From IMG/VR virus record IMGVR_UViG_3300023371_000083: a DNA stretch of 64,000 nucleotides, one strand, 5' to 3'. Origin of the DNA: a virus. Lineage: Duplodnaviria; Heunggongvirae; Uroviricota; Caudoviricetes. The notes beneath the pieces were generated by a model. The model made no database searches. It worked only from the letters and a program-made list of their open reading frames with translations, and was not told the origin of the DNA. Below are positions 1-9,274 of this stretch, piece after piece; the stretch's first letter is position 1; every line of letters starts with the position of its first letter. The position numbers and the translations under genes were made by a program.

Positions 1-41
1 GAAAAAGCATTGGGCATTATGGAAAAAATTCTAAAAAATAA

Positions 42-70
42 TTGACTAAATTTTTTATTATAAATATAAT
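42..70 (+). promoter_or_regulatory. sigma70-like promoter (TTGACT-17 nt-TATAAT) with upstream CTAAAAAATA motif
   Basis: Direct read: TTGACT at 42-47, TATAAT at 65-70, 17-nt spacer. Preceded by the A-tract motif shared with the other early promoters. Confidence 0.5.
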
Positions 71-117
71 AATGAAGAACAGTATTTTTTAGTTTAGGTA
101 TACGGAGAGGTGATCCT

Positions 118-1047
118 ATGTACTATAATGAATTGATAAAAAAGAAATATTTAGAAAATTCACAGGAAAATAACGCAAATTATGCAGATAAATTATTTTC
201 TTTTTATGCAAGAATAGAAGAAGAGTTCGGTAAAGATTTAGCTGTATTTTCCAAAGAAGAAATTATAGATACATATTCTAAAATTTCATCTTTAAGTACT
301 TTAAGGAGACACCAATCTGTTTTAAGAAATTATACATCTTTTTATTTATCTGAAACTCATAATCAGGAAAACCAGAATGAATATGATAATATATTGGACG
401 ATGAATTGGTACAGATAATCAAATCAAATGCAAATAATAGAATGTATATCTCTAAATGGCAGCTCATGGAAATTTTAGAAGATCTGCCAAACGCTGTAGA
501 TAAATTTCTTGTATTGGCACTATATGAAGGTATTAAAGGTGATAATTTTGAAGATATCATCATGATGAAAATGAGTGATATCAATGAAAGAAACAATACA
601 ATTAAACTTTATAGTGGTAACACTATTAAAGTTAGTAGCACATTGGTACTTTTAGCGCAAGAAGCTTACTCGCAGAAATACTATAAAGGGATGCAGTCTT
701 CATTTACTATCTCATCAAAACCAGTAACACTTGATAAGAATGAATATGTTTTTAGGGTTAGAGCAAATTCAAAACTTACAGATAATGATACAGAAAAGAA
801 ATCTGCAAGAGTATATCAGCGTTTGCTTGCAATTAAAAAATATTTGGGAAATAATGATTTTTCATTATCAAGGATCATGAAGAGTGGTTATGTATATGAA
901 TTAAAGAAAATAAAGAGTCAATTTCCGGAATGTGCATGGGAAGATATGTTAGAAAAACCAGGCGTATATGATTTAACAATCAGATTTGGTTTAAATGCGA
1001 AAAAATATTATAATACTATCTGGTTATTAAAAGAATATTTAGATTAA
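118..1047 (+). CDS. hypothetical protein (N-terminal part weakly resembles a phage-integrase SAM-like DNA-binding domain; no catalytic motifs seen)
   Basis: Intact 309-aa ORF downstream of a strong promoter with TAA stop. Similarity is by eye only. Confidence 0.45.
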   Translation: MYYNELIKKKYLENSQENNANYADKLFSFYARIEEEFGKDLAVFSKEEIIDTYSKISSLSTLRRHQSVLRNYTSFYLSETHNQENQNEYDNILDDELVQIIKSNANNRMYISKWQLMEILEDLPNAVDKFLVLALYEGIKGDNFEDIIMMKMSDINERNNTIKLYSGNTIKVSSTLVLLAQEAYSQKYYKGMQSSFTISSKPVTLDKNEYVFRVRANSKLTDNDTEKKSARVYQRLLAIKKYLGNNDFSLSRIMKSGYVYELKKIKSQFPECAWEDMLEKPGVYDLTIRFGLNAKKYYNTIWLLKEYLD

Positions 1048-1087
1048 TAATAGGTGTACCAGTAAAGGTACACCTTTTTATTTTCAC

Positions 1088-1235
1088 AGATTAAACTAAA
1101 AAATATTGTTGACAGATTTATACAAAAAGTTTATAATTAATTTAGACTAAAAAATCTTGTTAATTTGTTGTGAAAAAATAGTGTAAAATTTTCTAAAAAG
1201 ACTATTGCAAAGATTCCGGTAAATGTTATAATAAG
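1088..1235 (+). promoter_or_regulatory. three tandem promoter-like elements (TTGACA-17-TATAAT at 1109-1137; weaker extended -10 element near 1160-1189; TTGCAA-16-TATAAT at 1205-1232)
   Basis: Direct read of -35/-10 hexamers. Each is preceded by a variant of the CTAAAAA(A)TATTGTTGAC motif. Confidence 0.45.
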
Positions 1236-1250
1236 TGCGAAATAGAACAA

Positions 1251-1559
1251 GTGTTCGATAAGGGAGGGATGTTAATGAAAAAACATATGAAAGAAATGGT
1301 GAAAAACCTTCTTGAAGAATTTTCAGAAAATGGAATGTCGTTGATCATAAACGTATTTTCAGATTTAGTTAATTTCTCTTATAGTGGCGATATAGAGTTG
1401 ATTCAAGACTCTGAAGATATGCTTATGGTCAATACTGTAGAATCATGTTTAAGTTTGAATTTTACTGATAATATGACTATTGAAGAATATGAGACAGAAT
1501 ATTCAAAAGCTATTTTATTAAAAAATACATATTCTTCTATAGAAATTTCTGGGGTATAA
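1251..1559 (+). CDS. hypothetical acidic protein
   Basis: ORF with a GGGAGGG ribosome-binding site (RBS) upstream. Codon usage is consistent with neighbours. Confidence 0.4.
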   Translation: MFDKGGMLMKKHMKEMVKNLLEEFSENGMSLIINVFSDLVNFSYSGDIELIQDSEDMLMVNTVESCLSLNFTDNMTIEEYETEYSKAILLKNTYSSIEISGV

Positions 1560-1613
1560 TCCCCAATTTTTTTAAGAAATTCTAAAATAAAAAATATTGT
1601 TGGAGGTGATTGT

Positions 1614-2738
1614 ATGAAAAATTTTGATTATGCTGCCACGAATCCTAAAATAGACGATGAGATCATTGATATTATTTCTGAAGTATTAAAAACAAATAAT
1701 GGTAATCCATCTGCTGTTTATAAAATTGGCAGAAATGCAAAAGAGATTATGGAAAATGCGAGAAGAAATGTTGCGGATATATTCGGATGCCAGCCAGAGG
1801 AAATTATTTTTACATCAGGTGGATCTGAAGCAAACAATATGGCTATTAAGGGTGTTGTGTTTGCGTCTACAAACAAAAGAAAGCACATTATTACAACAAA
1901 AATGGAACATAAAGCTATTCTTGAAACATGTGAATTTCTTGAAAAACACGGTTTTGCAGAAGTTACATATCTCGAACCGGGCAATATGGAATATATTACT
2001 CCCTGCCAATTAGAAGATGCGATTACAGAAGATACAGTGCTGATTTCTATTATGAGTGTTAACAACGAAGTTGGTATTACAAATCCAATATATAGATTAT
2101 CAGAAGTTGCACACAAACACGGGATACTGTTTCACACAGATGCCGTACAATTTTCTCGTGTCGGTGTTCCTATAGTATGGAAATTAGGAGTAGATTTAAT
2201 GTCTATATCTGGTCATAAATTTGGAGCCCCAAAAGGTATTGGTGTTTTATATATAAAAACAGGAACACCTATTGAGCCATTAATTCATGGCGGCGGACAA
2301 GAGTTCGGTCTTAGGGCTGGCACAGAAAATATTGCTTATATTGTTGCGTTAGGTGAAGCAATAAAAAAATTACCCAAATATGATTTTGCAGAACAATTTA
2401 ACCAAACAATTCGTCTTCGCAGGAAATTAAAAGATGCGTTTAAAGATGATATTAAATTTGCCAGTGAAAATAGCGATATTGCTGGTATTTTAAATTTTGC
2501 GATCAAAGGTGTCCCGGCATCTGAATTACAGGCATTTCTTGATATGAATGATATCTGTACATCTATTGGATCTGCATGTAGTTCTGGCGACCCTAAAGCC
2601 TCTCATGTTTTAGAGGCATTAAACATTCCGGAAATAGAAATCCATAATTATATGAGAGTATCAATTTCTGAAACGACAACAGATGATGAGATTGAAGAAT
2701 TTATTTCGTTATTAAAATTTTACACATCTATGAGATAA
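1614..2738 (+). CDS. cysteine desulfurase (class V aminotransferase, NifS/IscS family)
   Basis: Motifs TSGGSEANNMAIKG and SGHKFGAPKGIGVLY (PLP-lysine SGHK), plus the C-terminal active-site Cys region SACSSG. RBS GGAGGTGA. Confidence 0.8.
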   Translation: MKNFDYAATNPKIDDEIIDIISEVLKTNNGNPSAVYKIGRNAKEIMENARRNVADIFGCQPEEIIFTSGGSEANNMAIKGVVFASTNKRKHIITTKMEHKAILETCEFLEKHGFAEVTYLEPGNMEYITPCQLEDAITEDTVLISIMSVNNEVGITNPIYRLSEVAHKHGILFHTDAVQFSRVGVPIVWKLGVDLMSISGHKFGAPKGIGVLYIKTGTPIEPLIHGGGQEFGLRAGTENIAYIVALGEAIKKLPKYDFAEQFNQTIRLRRKLKDAFKDDIKFASENSDIAGILNFAIKGVPASELQAFLDMNDICTSIGSACSSGDPKASHVLEALNIPEIEIHNYMRVSISETTTDDEIEEFISLLKFYTSMR

Positions 2739-2754
2739 CAAGGAGTATAGAACA

Positions 2755-3006
2755 ATGAAGAAAAAAGATATCGTAGCAATCAACAAAGCAAAACAGAAAA
2801 AATTAAGTGAAATGTCCACAAAAGCACTTGATGTAGTGACAGCGACCATTATGCAATTAACAGCTGTAAACGGAGAGATTGATGAAACAGTCAATGATAT
2901 TAATGCTACTGTTGACGACTTAACAAATACAAAAACTGAATTAACAAGTCAGAAATCTAAAAACGAAACAATCATTAGTAAGTTTAAAAATTTAATTGGT
3001 GAATAA
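2755..3006 (+). CDS. hypothetical coiled-coil protein
   Basis: ORF with RBS AAGGAG. Confidence 0.4.
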   Translation: MKKKDIVAINKAKQKKLSEMSTKALDVVTATIMQLTAVNGEIDETVNDINATVDDLTNTKTELTSQKSKNETIISKFKNLIGE

Positions 3007-3112
3007 GAGGGTGATATGAATGGCTGAAACATGTTATGTGGCAGTCGTTTGTATGGCTGTTATTGTTTCTATCACATTGGATTTATTGAAAAAGGTTATG
3101 AAGAGGTAAACA

Positions 3113-3394
3113 ATGAGGTACATAGAAAATATTGTAATCGGAACACCGGTCGCATCACCAGAGAGTATGTTTGCCATAGATGATGCCGACTGGAAAAATG
3201 TAGAAGAAGAAAAAACATATTTTACAGAAGACAGATTTTTACCCAAAATTCTTGTGGATCTTGGTATTTATCCTTCCATTAGCGAGATTAGAAGAAATAG
3301 AAAAGACTTAGTTGTAACACTAGATAATGTTTGCTTTATTGATAAATTAAAAGTGAGCAAAAAACGAACAGTTTACATTCTGGTAGGAAAGTGA
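3113..3394 (+). CDS. hypothetical protein
   Basis: ORF track only. Confidence 0.35.
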   Translation: MRYIENIVIGTPVASPESMFAIDDADWKNVEEEKTYFTEDRFLPKILVDLGIYPSISEIRRNRKDLVVTLDNVCFIDKLKVSKKRTVYILVGK

Positions 3395-3409
3395 AAAGAG
3401 GTATCATAG

Positions 3410-3640
3410 ATGAAATTTGTTAGACCTAATTGTGAGAAATGTGTACATTCAGAAGTTTGTGGCAAAAAAGTTGATGTTGATATTTTAAAAAATGATATGG
3501 AACAAATGAAATATTTTTCTAATAAAGAATATCTACAGAAGTTGTCAATTTTCAGCGTAAAAATTGAGTGTAGACATTATCTCGATGTCACAAAAGTTGC
3601 CACAGCTTTAACTTCTAAAGAAGGTGTTGCGAATGTCTGA
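3410..3640 (+). CDS. hypothetical protein
   Basis: ORF with RBS AAGAGGT. Confidence 0.35.
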   Translation: MKFVRPNCEKCVHSEVCGKKVDVDILKNDMEQMKYFSNKEYLQKLSIFSVKIECRHYLDVTKVATALTSKEGVANV

Positions 3641-3779
3641 GTTATGCAAAGAATGCTTCATTGATATTTGGCAACTTTCCGATGAAGAAATTAATCAAAT
3701 TGTAATGAGTGATGACATTTATTTGTGTGAAGGTTGTGGAGAAGTAAAAGAATATGTATTAGAAATGCGTGGTGATTAA
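3633..3779 (+). CDS. small CxxC...CxxC zinc-ribbon protein (48 aa; not in ORF track)
   Basis: ATG overlaps the previous stop (ATGTCTGA). The reading frame is clean up to a TAA that overlaps the next ATG. Confidence 0.3.
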   Translation: MSELCKECFIDIWQLSDEEINQIVMSDDIYLCEGCGEVKEYVLEMRGD

Positions 3780-4271
3780 ATGAAGGTTGTATTTTTAGAT
3801 GTTGATGGTGTTTTAAACTGTGGTGAATCAAAATCAAGATGTGGTTGTTTTATTGGTATTGACGATAGCAGGGTAAAGCTTTTAAAAGAAATTATAGAAA
3901 AGACTGATGCAAAAATTGTATTAGTGTCTACATGGAAATTTGGATGGGAACCCATTGATAAAGAGGCAATGGACAGAGGTGGTATATACCTTGACAAAAA
4001 AATGAAAAGACAAGGGTTAACAATTATAGATAAAACATACGACAGAGGATGGAATAGAGGTCAAGGTATCAATCAGTACCTCGAAAAACATCCAGGGATC
4101 ACCTCTTGGATTATTCTTGATGATGAAACTTTTGAATATGAAGAAGAGGGGGTAATCTCCCATCTTGTTAAAACAAGTTTTTATAATGATGGTTTACAAG
4201 AAACTCATGTAAAAGATGCTATCGCAAGGTTAAATGAAAGTGATGGCACAAAAATTGAAAAGGGAGCTTGA
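3780..4271 (+). CDS. HAD-superfamily hydrolase (DxDGVLN motif; possibly polynucleotide 3'-phosphatase-like)
   Basis: N-terminal FLDVDGVLN motif I, followed by a VSTW motif-II-like region. Confidence 0.5.
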   Translation: MKVVFLDVDGVLNCGESKSRCGCFIGIDDSRVKLLKEIIEKTDAKIVLVSTWKFGWEPIDKEAMDRGGIYLDKKMKRQGLTIIDKTYDRGWNRGQGINQYLEKHPGITSWIILDDETFEYEEEGVISHLVKTSFYNDGLQETHVKDAIARLNESDGTKIEKGA

Positions 4272-4528
4272 TAGATATGATAATTATTGAATTTATCACT
4301 AAATCTATTAAGATTGTGTGCTGGTGCATAGCTAGATTTATTGTATGGATTGTAACAGCAAGAGATTGTAGACACTGTAAATATGGCAAACTGGAATCTT
4401 GTTATGCAGATGATTATTATAAATGCAAAAAAGCAGATTCGGAAACAAATTCCATGTACGACTACACACAAAATGTTATGGACTGTAAAAATAGTATTCT
4501 GAGAAAAAATTTCGAAAGAAAAAATTGA
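4268..4528 (+). CDS. hypothetical Cys-rich protein
   Basis: ORF track; start overlaps the previous stop. Confidence 0.35.
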   Translation: MIDMIIIEFITKSIKIVCWCIARFIVWIVTARDCRHCKYGKLESCYADDYYKCKKADSETNSMYDYTQNVMDCKNSILRKNFERKN

Positions 4529-4566
4529 TATAACTCATAATTGCAATAACTGAGAGGAGGAATTAT

Positions 4567-4968
4567 ATGTTGACATTTCCGTTTTTCTTAATCGTTTGTA
4601 TGTTGTTTTTGCATGTGGTAGATGACTATTATCTTCAGGGTATTCTTGCAAGCATGAAGCAGCGTGATTGGTGGTTAAAAAATACACCGGAAGATAAACA
4701 ATGTCTTTATTGTAAAGATTATTTAATGGCATTAGGAATGCACAGTTTTAGTTGGACATTTATGATTATGTTACCATTAACTTTTTATTATCTGATCAAT
4801 GATGGCGTATGGTTTCCAATGCTATATGTAATCAACACTATTATCCATTTTATTGTTGATGATACAAAAGCAAATAAAAAACGCATTAATCTTATTGAAG
4901 ATCAGACAATACATATTGGTCAAATCTTATTAACTTGGATTTGGTGTTATGTGATGTATGGAATGTAA
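4567..4968 (+). CDS. hypothetical membrane protein
   Basis: Hydrophobic segments. RBS GAGGAGG. Confidence 0.4.
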   Translation: MLTFPFFLIVCMLFLHVVDDYYLQGILASMKQRDWWLKNTPEDKQCLYCKDYLMALGMHSFSWTFMIMLPLTFYYLINDGVWFPMLYVINTIIHFIVDDTKANKKRINLIEDQTIHIGQILLTWIWCYVMYGM

Positions 4969-4980
4969 GGAGATGGGCTG

Positions 4981-5268
4981 ATGAGTAAAATTAAACCTGT
5001 TGAGGGGTATATATACTTTACTGAAACACAGCTTGTTAAATTAGAACATGCAATTGGATTTGATTTTCAATTAGTTAAAAATAATAAATTTATTTCTACT
5101 AGAAATTATTTTTCTTGCGAAAGAGTGGACGAAGATTGGGAATACTTATCCGCTGTTGGATATGCAAAACGTATCAACAGAGGAAAAAGGTTCCCTATTT
5201 ATACAGTGACAAGAAAAGGGAAAAACTTTATACAGCGAGTGACAAATGTAAAAATTATTGATGCGTAA
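4981..5268 (+). CDS. hypothetical protein
   Basis: ORF track. Confidence 0.4.
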   Translation: MSKIKPVEGYIYFTETQLVKLEHAIGFDFQLVKNNKFISTRNYFSCERVDEDWEYLSAVGYAKRINRGKRFPIYTVTRKGKNFIQRVTNVKIIDA

Positions 5269-5282
5269 CTTGAGGTGTTTAT

Positions 5283-5705
5283 ATGGAAAAGTTTAGTTTT
5301 AAGCAAGAAATAACCGCAGAACAATTGTTGGACTCTATTAGATGTGTTCATTCAATGTCTACATGCAACATTAAAAAAGTGTTTGGTGTACATATTGATT
5401 TTTTAGATAAAGATAGTTACACAAAATATGTTGTAGATAATTTTTCCACAAAAGAAATTATAGAAAAGGTAACAAAATGGCAAGAAGATAGGGTTTTTAA
5501 TAAAGATGATATTGTGTTGAATTTCGCATCTCAAAAGCTCTATATAGTTACATATATCGATGATTATAAAATCAAATTGATTGGATCTGATGGTGATACT
5601 CAATCTCATGATGCAAAAACCTTTTCTAAATGGTTTACAAAAACAGGTAATAAATGTAAATTAGAAAAATTTTTAATGAAAACATTAAAGGAAGATGGTG
5701 AGTAA
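5283..5705 (+). CDS. hypothetical protein
   Basis: ORF track. Confidence 0.4.
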   Translation: MEKFSFKQEITAEQLLDSIRCVHSMSTCNIKKVFGVHIDFLDKDSYTKYVVDNFSTKEIIEKVTKWQEDRVFNKDDIVLNFASQKLYIVTYIDDYKIKLIGSDGDTQSHDAKTFSKWFTKTGNKCKLEKFLMKTLKEDGE

Positions 5706-5707
5706 AC

Positions 5708-6136
5708 ATGTATAAACAGATTATTATTGCCAGAAAAGATTTGAATATGTCGCCAGGAAAATTAGCAGCACAGGTTGCTCATGGTAGTATGGCGTTTTTA
5801 ACAAACAGAATCAAAGAGGTTGCAAGAAGAGATTATATGGATGGTTATTATCTTGCAACACTGGCTTTTAATGATGAATTGTTCGACAACTGGATTAATG
5901 CATCTTTCACCAAAACAGTATTAAAAGCAAAAAATAAAAATCAATTATTAAAAGCAAAAACAATGGCTGAAGAATTAGGCATGAAAGAAGGAATCGATTT
6001 TTTCTGTATTTATGATAATTGCCTAACAGAGCTTGAGCCAGAAGAAGATGGCAGGACGCTAACTGTTATCGGGTTTAAACCTATGGATATAGAAATCATT
6101 GATCAGATTGGTAAGAAATATCAGTTGTATATATAA
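5708..6136 (+). CDS. peptidyl-tRNA hydrolase, PTH2 family-like
   Basis: N-terminal IIARKDLNMSPGKLAAQVAHGS resembles the PTH2 signature (VVRxDLxMxxGKIAAQxxH). Length about 140 aa fits the family. Confidence 0.55.
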   Translation: MYKQIIIARKDLNMSPGKLAAQVAHGSMAFLTNRIKEVARRDYMDGYYLATLAFNDELFDNWINASFTKTVLKAKNKNQLLKAKTMAEELGMKEGIDFFCIYDNCLTELEPEEDGRTLTVIGFKPMDIEIIDQIGKKYQLYI

Positions 6137-6170
6137 GAAGTATTGGAACGGAATATTGGGGAGTGATTAA

Positions 6171-7385
6171 ATGTTTGAATTAACAGGAAAATATAATACG
6201 GCTAAAGTATTTACTAACAATATTGAGCCAGAAGCAATCTCTCAGATTATCGAACTCTGCAACCAGGAATTTGTAAAAGAAAGCAAAATAAGAATTATGC
6301 CAGATGTTCATGCTGGTGCTGGCTGTACTGTTGGCACCACAATGACAGTCAAAGATAAGGTTGTCCCTAATTTGGTTGGTGTAGATATAGGCTGTGGCAT
6401 GTTGACAACAGCGATTGCAGAAAAAGAAATTGACTTAGCAAAACTAGATAAGTTGATTCATGATAAGATTCCGGCAGGATTTAATATCAGAAAGAAAAAA
6501 CATGATTATTTACGATATACAGACCTCACAAATTTAAGATGTATCGACCATGTAGATATGACAAGAGCAGAGCTGAGTCTAGGAACGCTTGGGGGCGGTA
6601 ATCACTTTATTGAAGCAGATCGTGACGATGATGGAAATATCTATATTGTCATTCATTCTGGAAGCCGACGCCTTGGTCTTGAAGTTGCAAAGTATTATCA
6701 AGAAGAAGCGTATAGATACCTTAACGGCTCTACAAAAGAAGATGCTGAGAAATTAATTGCAAAACTGAAATCTGAAGGTAGACATAGAGAGATCGAATCC
6801 GAGTTGGCAAAATTAAAGAATGTTAAACGAACCAGCGTTCCAAAACACCTTGCTTATCTGGAAGGAAAGTTATTACAGGATTATATTTGGGATATGAACA
6901 TTGTTCAGAAATATGCAATGTGGAATCGCTGTGCAATGATGGATGAAATCATTGATGGCATGAATTTGACAGATATTGGTTCTTTTACAACTATTCACAA
7001 CTATATTGCACCTGAAGGCGGAGACAGAATTATCTTGCGTAAAGGCGCTGTGGCAGCGTATGAAGGTGAATGGTTATTAATTCCTATTAATATGAGAGAT
7101 GGTAGTTTGATTTGTGAAGGCAAAAGTAATCCAGAATGGAACTATTCTGCTCCTCATGGTGCTGGTCGTATTATGAGTAGAAGTCAAGCGAAATCTACTT
7201 TTAAAATGGATGATTACATTGCAGAAATGAAAGATGTATATACAACTTCTGTTTCTACAGACACTTTAGATGAATGTCCTATGGCATACAAGAATATGCA
7301 GGAAATCATTGATAATATCGGTGATACGGTAAATGTGTTGAAAGTAATTAAACCGATTTATAATTTCAAAGCTGGTGGAGAGTAA
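6171..7385 (+). CDS. rtcB: RtcB-family RNA ligase (3'-phosphate/5'-OH ligase)
   Basis: Motifs MPDVHAGAGCTVG, GGGNHFIE and APHGAGR match RtcB metal-binding and GMP-binding signatures. Confidence 0.85.
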   Translation: MFELTGKYNTAKVFTNNIEPEAISQIIELCNQEFVKESKIRIMPDVHAGAGCTVGTTMTVKDKVVPNLVGVDIGCGMLTTAIAEKEIDLAKLDKLIHDKIPAGFNIRKKKHDYLRYTDLTNLRCIDHVDMTRAELSLGTLGGGNHFIEADRDDDGNIYIVIHSGSRRLGLEVAKYYQEEAYRYLNGSTKEDAEKLIAKLKSEGRHREIESELAKLKNVKRTSVPKHLAYLEGKLLQDYIWDMNIVQKYAMWNRCAMMDEIIDGMNLTDIGSFTTIHNYIAPEGGDRIILRKGAVAAYEGEWLLIPINMRDGSLICEGKSNPEWNYSAPHGAGRIMSRSQAKSTFKMDDYIAEMKDVYTTSVSTDTLDECPMAYKNMQEIIDNIGDTVNVLKVIKPIYNFKAGGE

Positions 7386-7400
7386 AGGAAAGGTGTCTCA

Positions 7401-7754
7401 ATGTTTCGGAAAATATTTACAGGCAAAAACAGCAGCACAGTGGTAGTCGATGGCAAAACTTATGAAGTCGAAGGCAATAACATTATGATTCGCAACGGCA
7501 AAATTATTGTTGATGGTAAAGTAATCAATGATGAAAAAGTCGGTGTTTCTAAAGTGATTGTTACAGGAAATTGCGAAAGCATTAATTGCGATGGCTCTGT
7601 AGAAATAAACGGCGATTCTGGCAGGGTTAAATGTGGAGGTAGTTGTCATATTGGTGGAAATGTCACTGGTGGTGTTTTTGCTGGTGGATCTGTAACCTGT
7701 GGAAATATTGAAGGCGATGTTCTTTCCAGTGGAAGTGTAATAGCTAAAGGATGA
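7401..7754 (+). CDS. bactofilin-like / polymer-forming Gly-rich beta-helical protein
   Basis: Repetitive V/G-rich segments (GxVxGxV...), typical of a bactofilin domain. Confidence 0.4.
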   Translation: MFRKIFTGKNSSTVVVDGKTYEVEGNNIMIRNGKIIVDGKVINDEKVGVSKVIVTGNCESINCDGSVEINGDSGRVKCGGSCHIGGNVTGGVFAGGSVTCGNIEGDVLSSGSVIAKG

Positions 7755-7776
7755 TATAAATGAAAGAAGTGATATA

Positions 7777-8157
7777 ATGAAAAATTTTAGAGCATTTGCT
7801 GATGAAAATTATGATTATTATGAATTAACAGAAAACTTGGGTTACAACAATTCTGGATACGGCATTCATAAATATCTTCTTCCAAAAGGTGCAATTTTTG
7901 TACATGATAAGCACGATCAAGTACATGGTTCTATTGCAGATGGTTGTTTAACGCTTTGTTGGACTCCAGATGGTAATTGTTATGGATGTTTGGGAGGCGA
8001 AGGGTTACATTTACACGCAGCATTCAAGAGAACATCTATGTTTAAATTAGTAAAAAAAGGAAAAAGCGCAATGATTGCAGAGGTTGAACATGTAATCGAG
8101 GATTTAGAGAAAAAATTGGAAGAAGCAAAAGAGAAATTAAAAGAAATGAGGGAATAA
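7777..8157 (+). CDS. hypothetical protein with C-terminal coiled coil
   Basis: ORF track. Confidence 0.4.
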   Translation: MKNFRAFADENYDYYELTENLGYNNSGYGIHKYLLPKGAIFVHDKHDQVHGSIADGCLTLCWTPDGNCYGCLGGEGLHLHAAFKRTSMFKLVKKGKSAMIAEVEHVIEDLEKKLEEAKEKLKEMRE

Positions 8158-8158
8158 A

Positions 8159-9274
8159 ATGTCATACATTTATCAACGCCCTTTACATGGGAAAAGCATT
8201 GGAGTGGTTTTTGGCTCTTTTGCACCATTACATAAAGGTCATATTGATTTAATTATGAAGGCTAAAAAAGAAAATGATGGTGGATGTATCGTTATTGTAT
8301 GTGGTTATGATGGCGACAAAGGTGAACCTATCATTCCCCACAATAAAAGATACAGATATGTAAGAGAATATTTTAAAGACGATGAAATGGTTGCGGTGTT
8401 CCCTGTAAACGATACAAAAATTGGGGCAAATGCGTATCCAGATGGATGGGAAGTCTGGCTAAAAGAATTTTTTAATATCTGGAATGTTGCTGTGACACCG
8501 GTATCAAAAGAAGCAAAAAGAGTATGGTATGTCGGAGATCCTAATTATCATTTTGACCTTGAGAAACGTGGTGAATGTGCAATTCTCGTAAATAGAATGC
8601 TAAATCCAATTTCAGCAACAATGATTAGAGCTAATCCTTATAAATATTGGGATATGATGGCTTATACATTTCACGGAGCATTTAGTCACAACATTCTAAT
8701 TACTGGTACTGCAAGTGAAGGGAAAACAACATTAGTAAAAGATTTGGGTAAATATTTTAATACAACATATAGTCATGAGATGCCAAGAGATTATATGGAG
8801 GAAATGTGCGTTCATGATACCGAATTAGACGCAGTTGATTTTCTCTCTTTTCTTCAGGGGCAATACAATCTGAATCGTAAAATGATTAATTCCCCATTAA
8901 ATAAAGGCGTATTTTTTGCAGATACAGATGCTCTGGTAACGCAAATGTATGCAAAATATTATGCTATGGATGATACATGTAAAATGACAAAAGATGATTA
9001 TTATATGGTGGTCTCTCATGTCGCACATGCATTAACTAAACGCAGTAGATGGGACAAGATTTTTGTTTTAATTCCTCATGGTAATTTTGTGAATGATAAT
9101 TCACGCTATATGGAGCATAGCGGTATGAAAGAAAGGATGGAATTGTATAAAATTCTTGAATCTTTTCTTATTGCTCATGGGTTAATGGAAAAGGTAACAA
9201 TTTTAACAGGAGATTATTATGAGAACTATCTTGCAATTAAGGAATATACGGAAGGGGTGTTAAATCATGGGTAA
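8159..9274 (+). CDS. nadR: NadR-like bifunctional NMN adenylyltransferase / ribosylnicotinamide kinase
   Basis: N-terminal nucleotidyltransferase motif GSFAPLHKGH (HxGH), followed by the P-loop GTASEGKTT of the kinase domain. Confidence 0.65.
   Translation: MSYIYQRPLHGKSIGVVFGSFAPLHKGHIDLIMKAKKENDGGCIVIVCGYDGDKGEPIIPHNKRYRYVREYFKDDEMVAVFPVNDTKIGANAYPDGWEVWLKEFFNIWNVAVTPVSKEAKRVWYVGDPNYHFDLEKRGECAILVNRMLNPISATMIRANPYKYWDMMAYTFHGAFSHNILITGTASEGKTTLVKDLGKYFNTTYSHEMPRDYMEEMCVHDTELDAVDFLSFLQGQYNLNRKMINSPLNKGVFFADTDALVTQMYAKYYAMDDTCKMTKDDYYMVVSHVAHALTKRSRWDKIFVLIPHGNFVNDNSRYMEHSGMKERMELYKILESFLIAHGLMEKVTILTGDYYENYLAIKEYTEGVLNHG

Noticed and set aside
363-596. Antisense ORF (77 aa), and similar ones at 1718..2116, 1815..2009, 2712..2894, 3034..3246, 4205..4471, 5403..5609, 7398..7649, 18196..18582, 28142..28528 and others
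   Set aside because: They lie inside well-supported genes on the opposite strand. They are low-complexity, AT-driven frames without an RBS.
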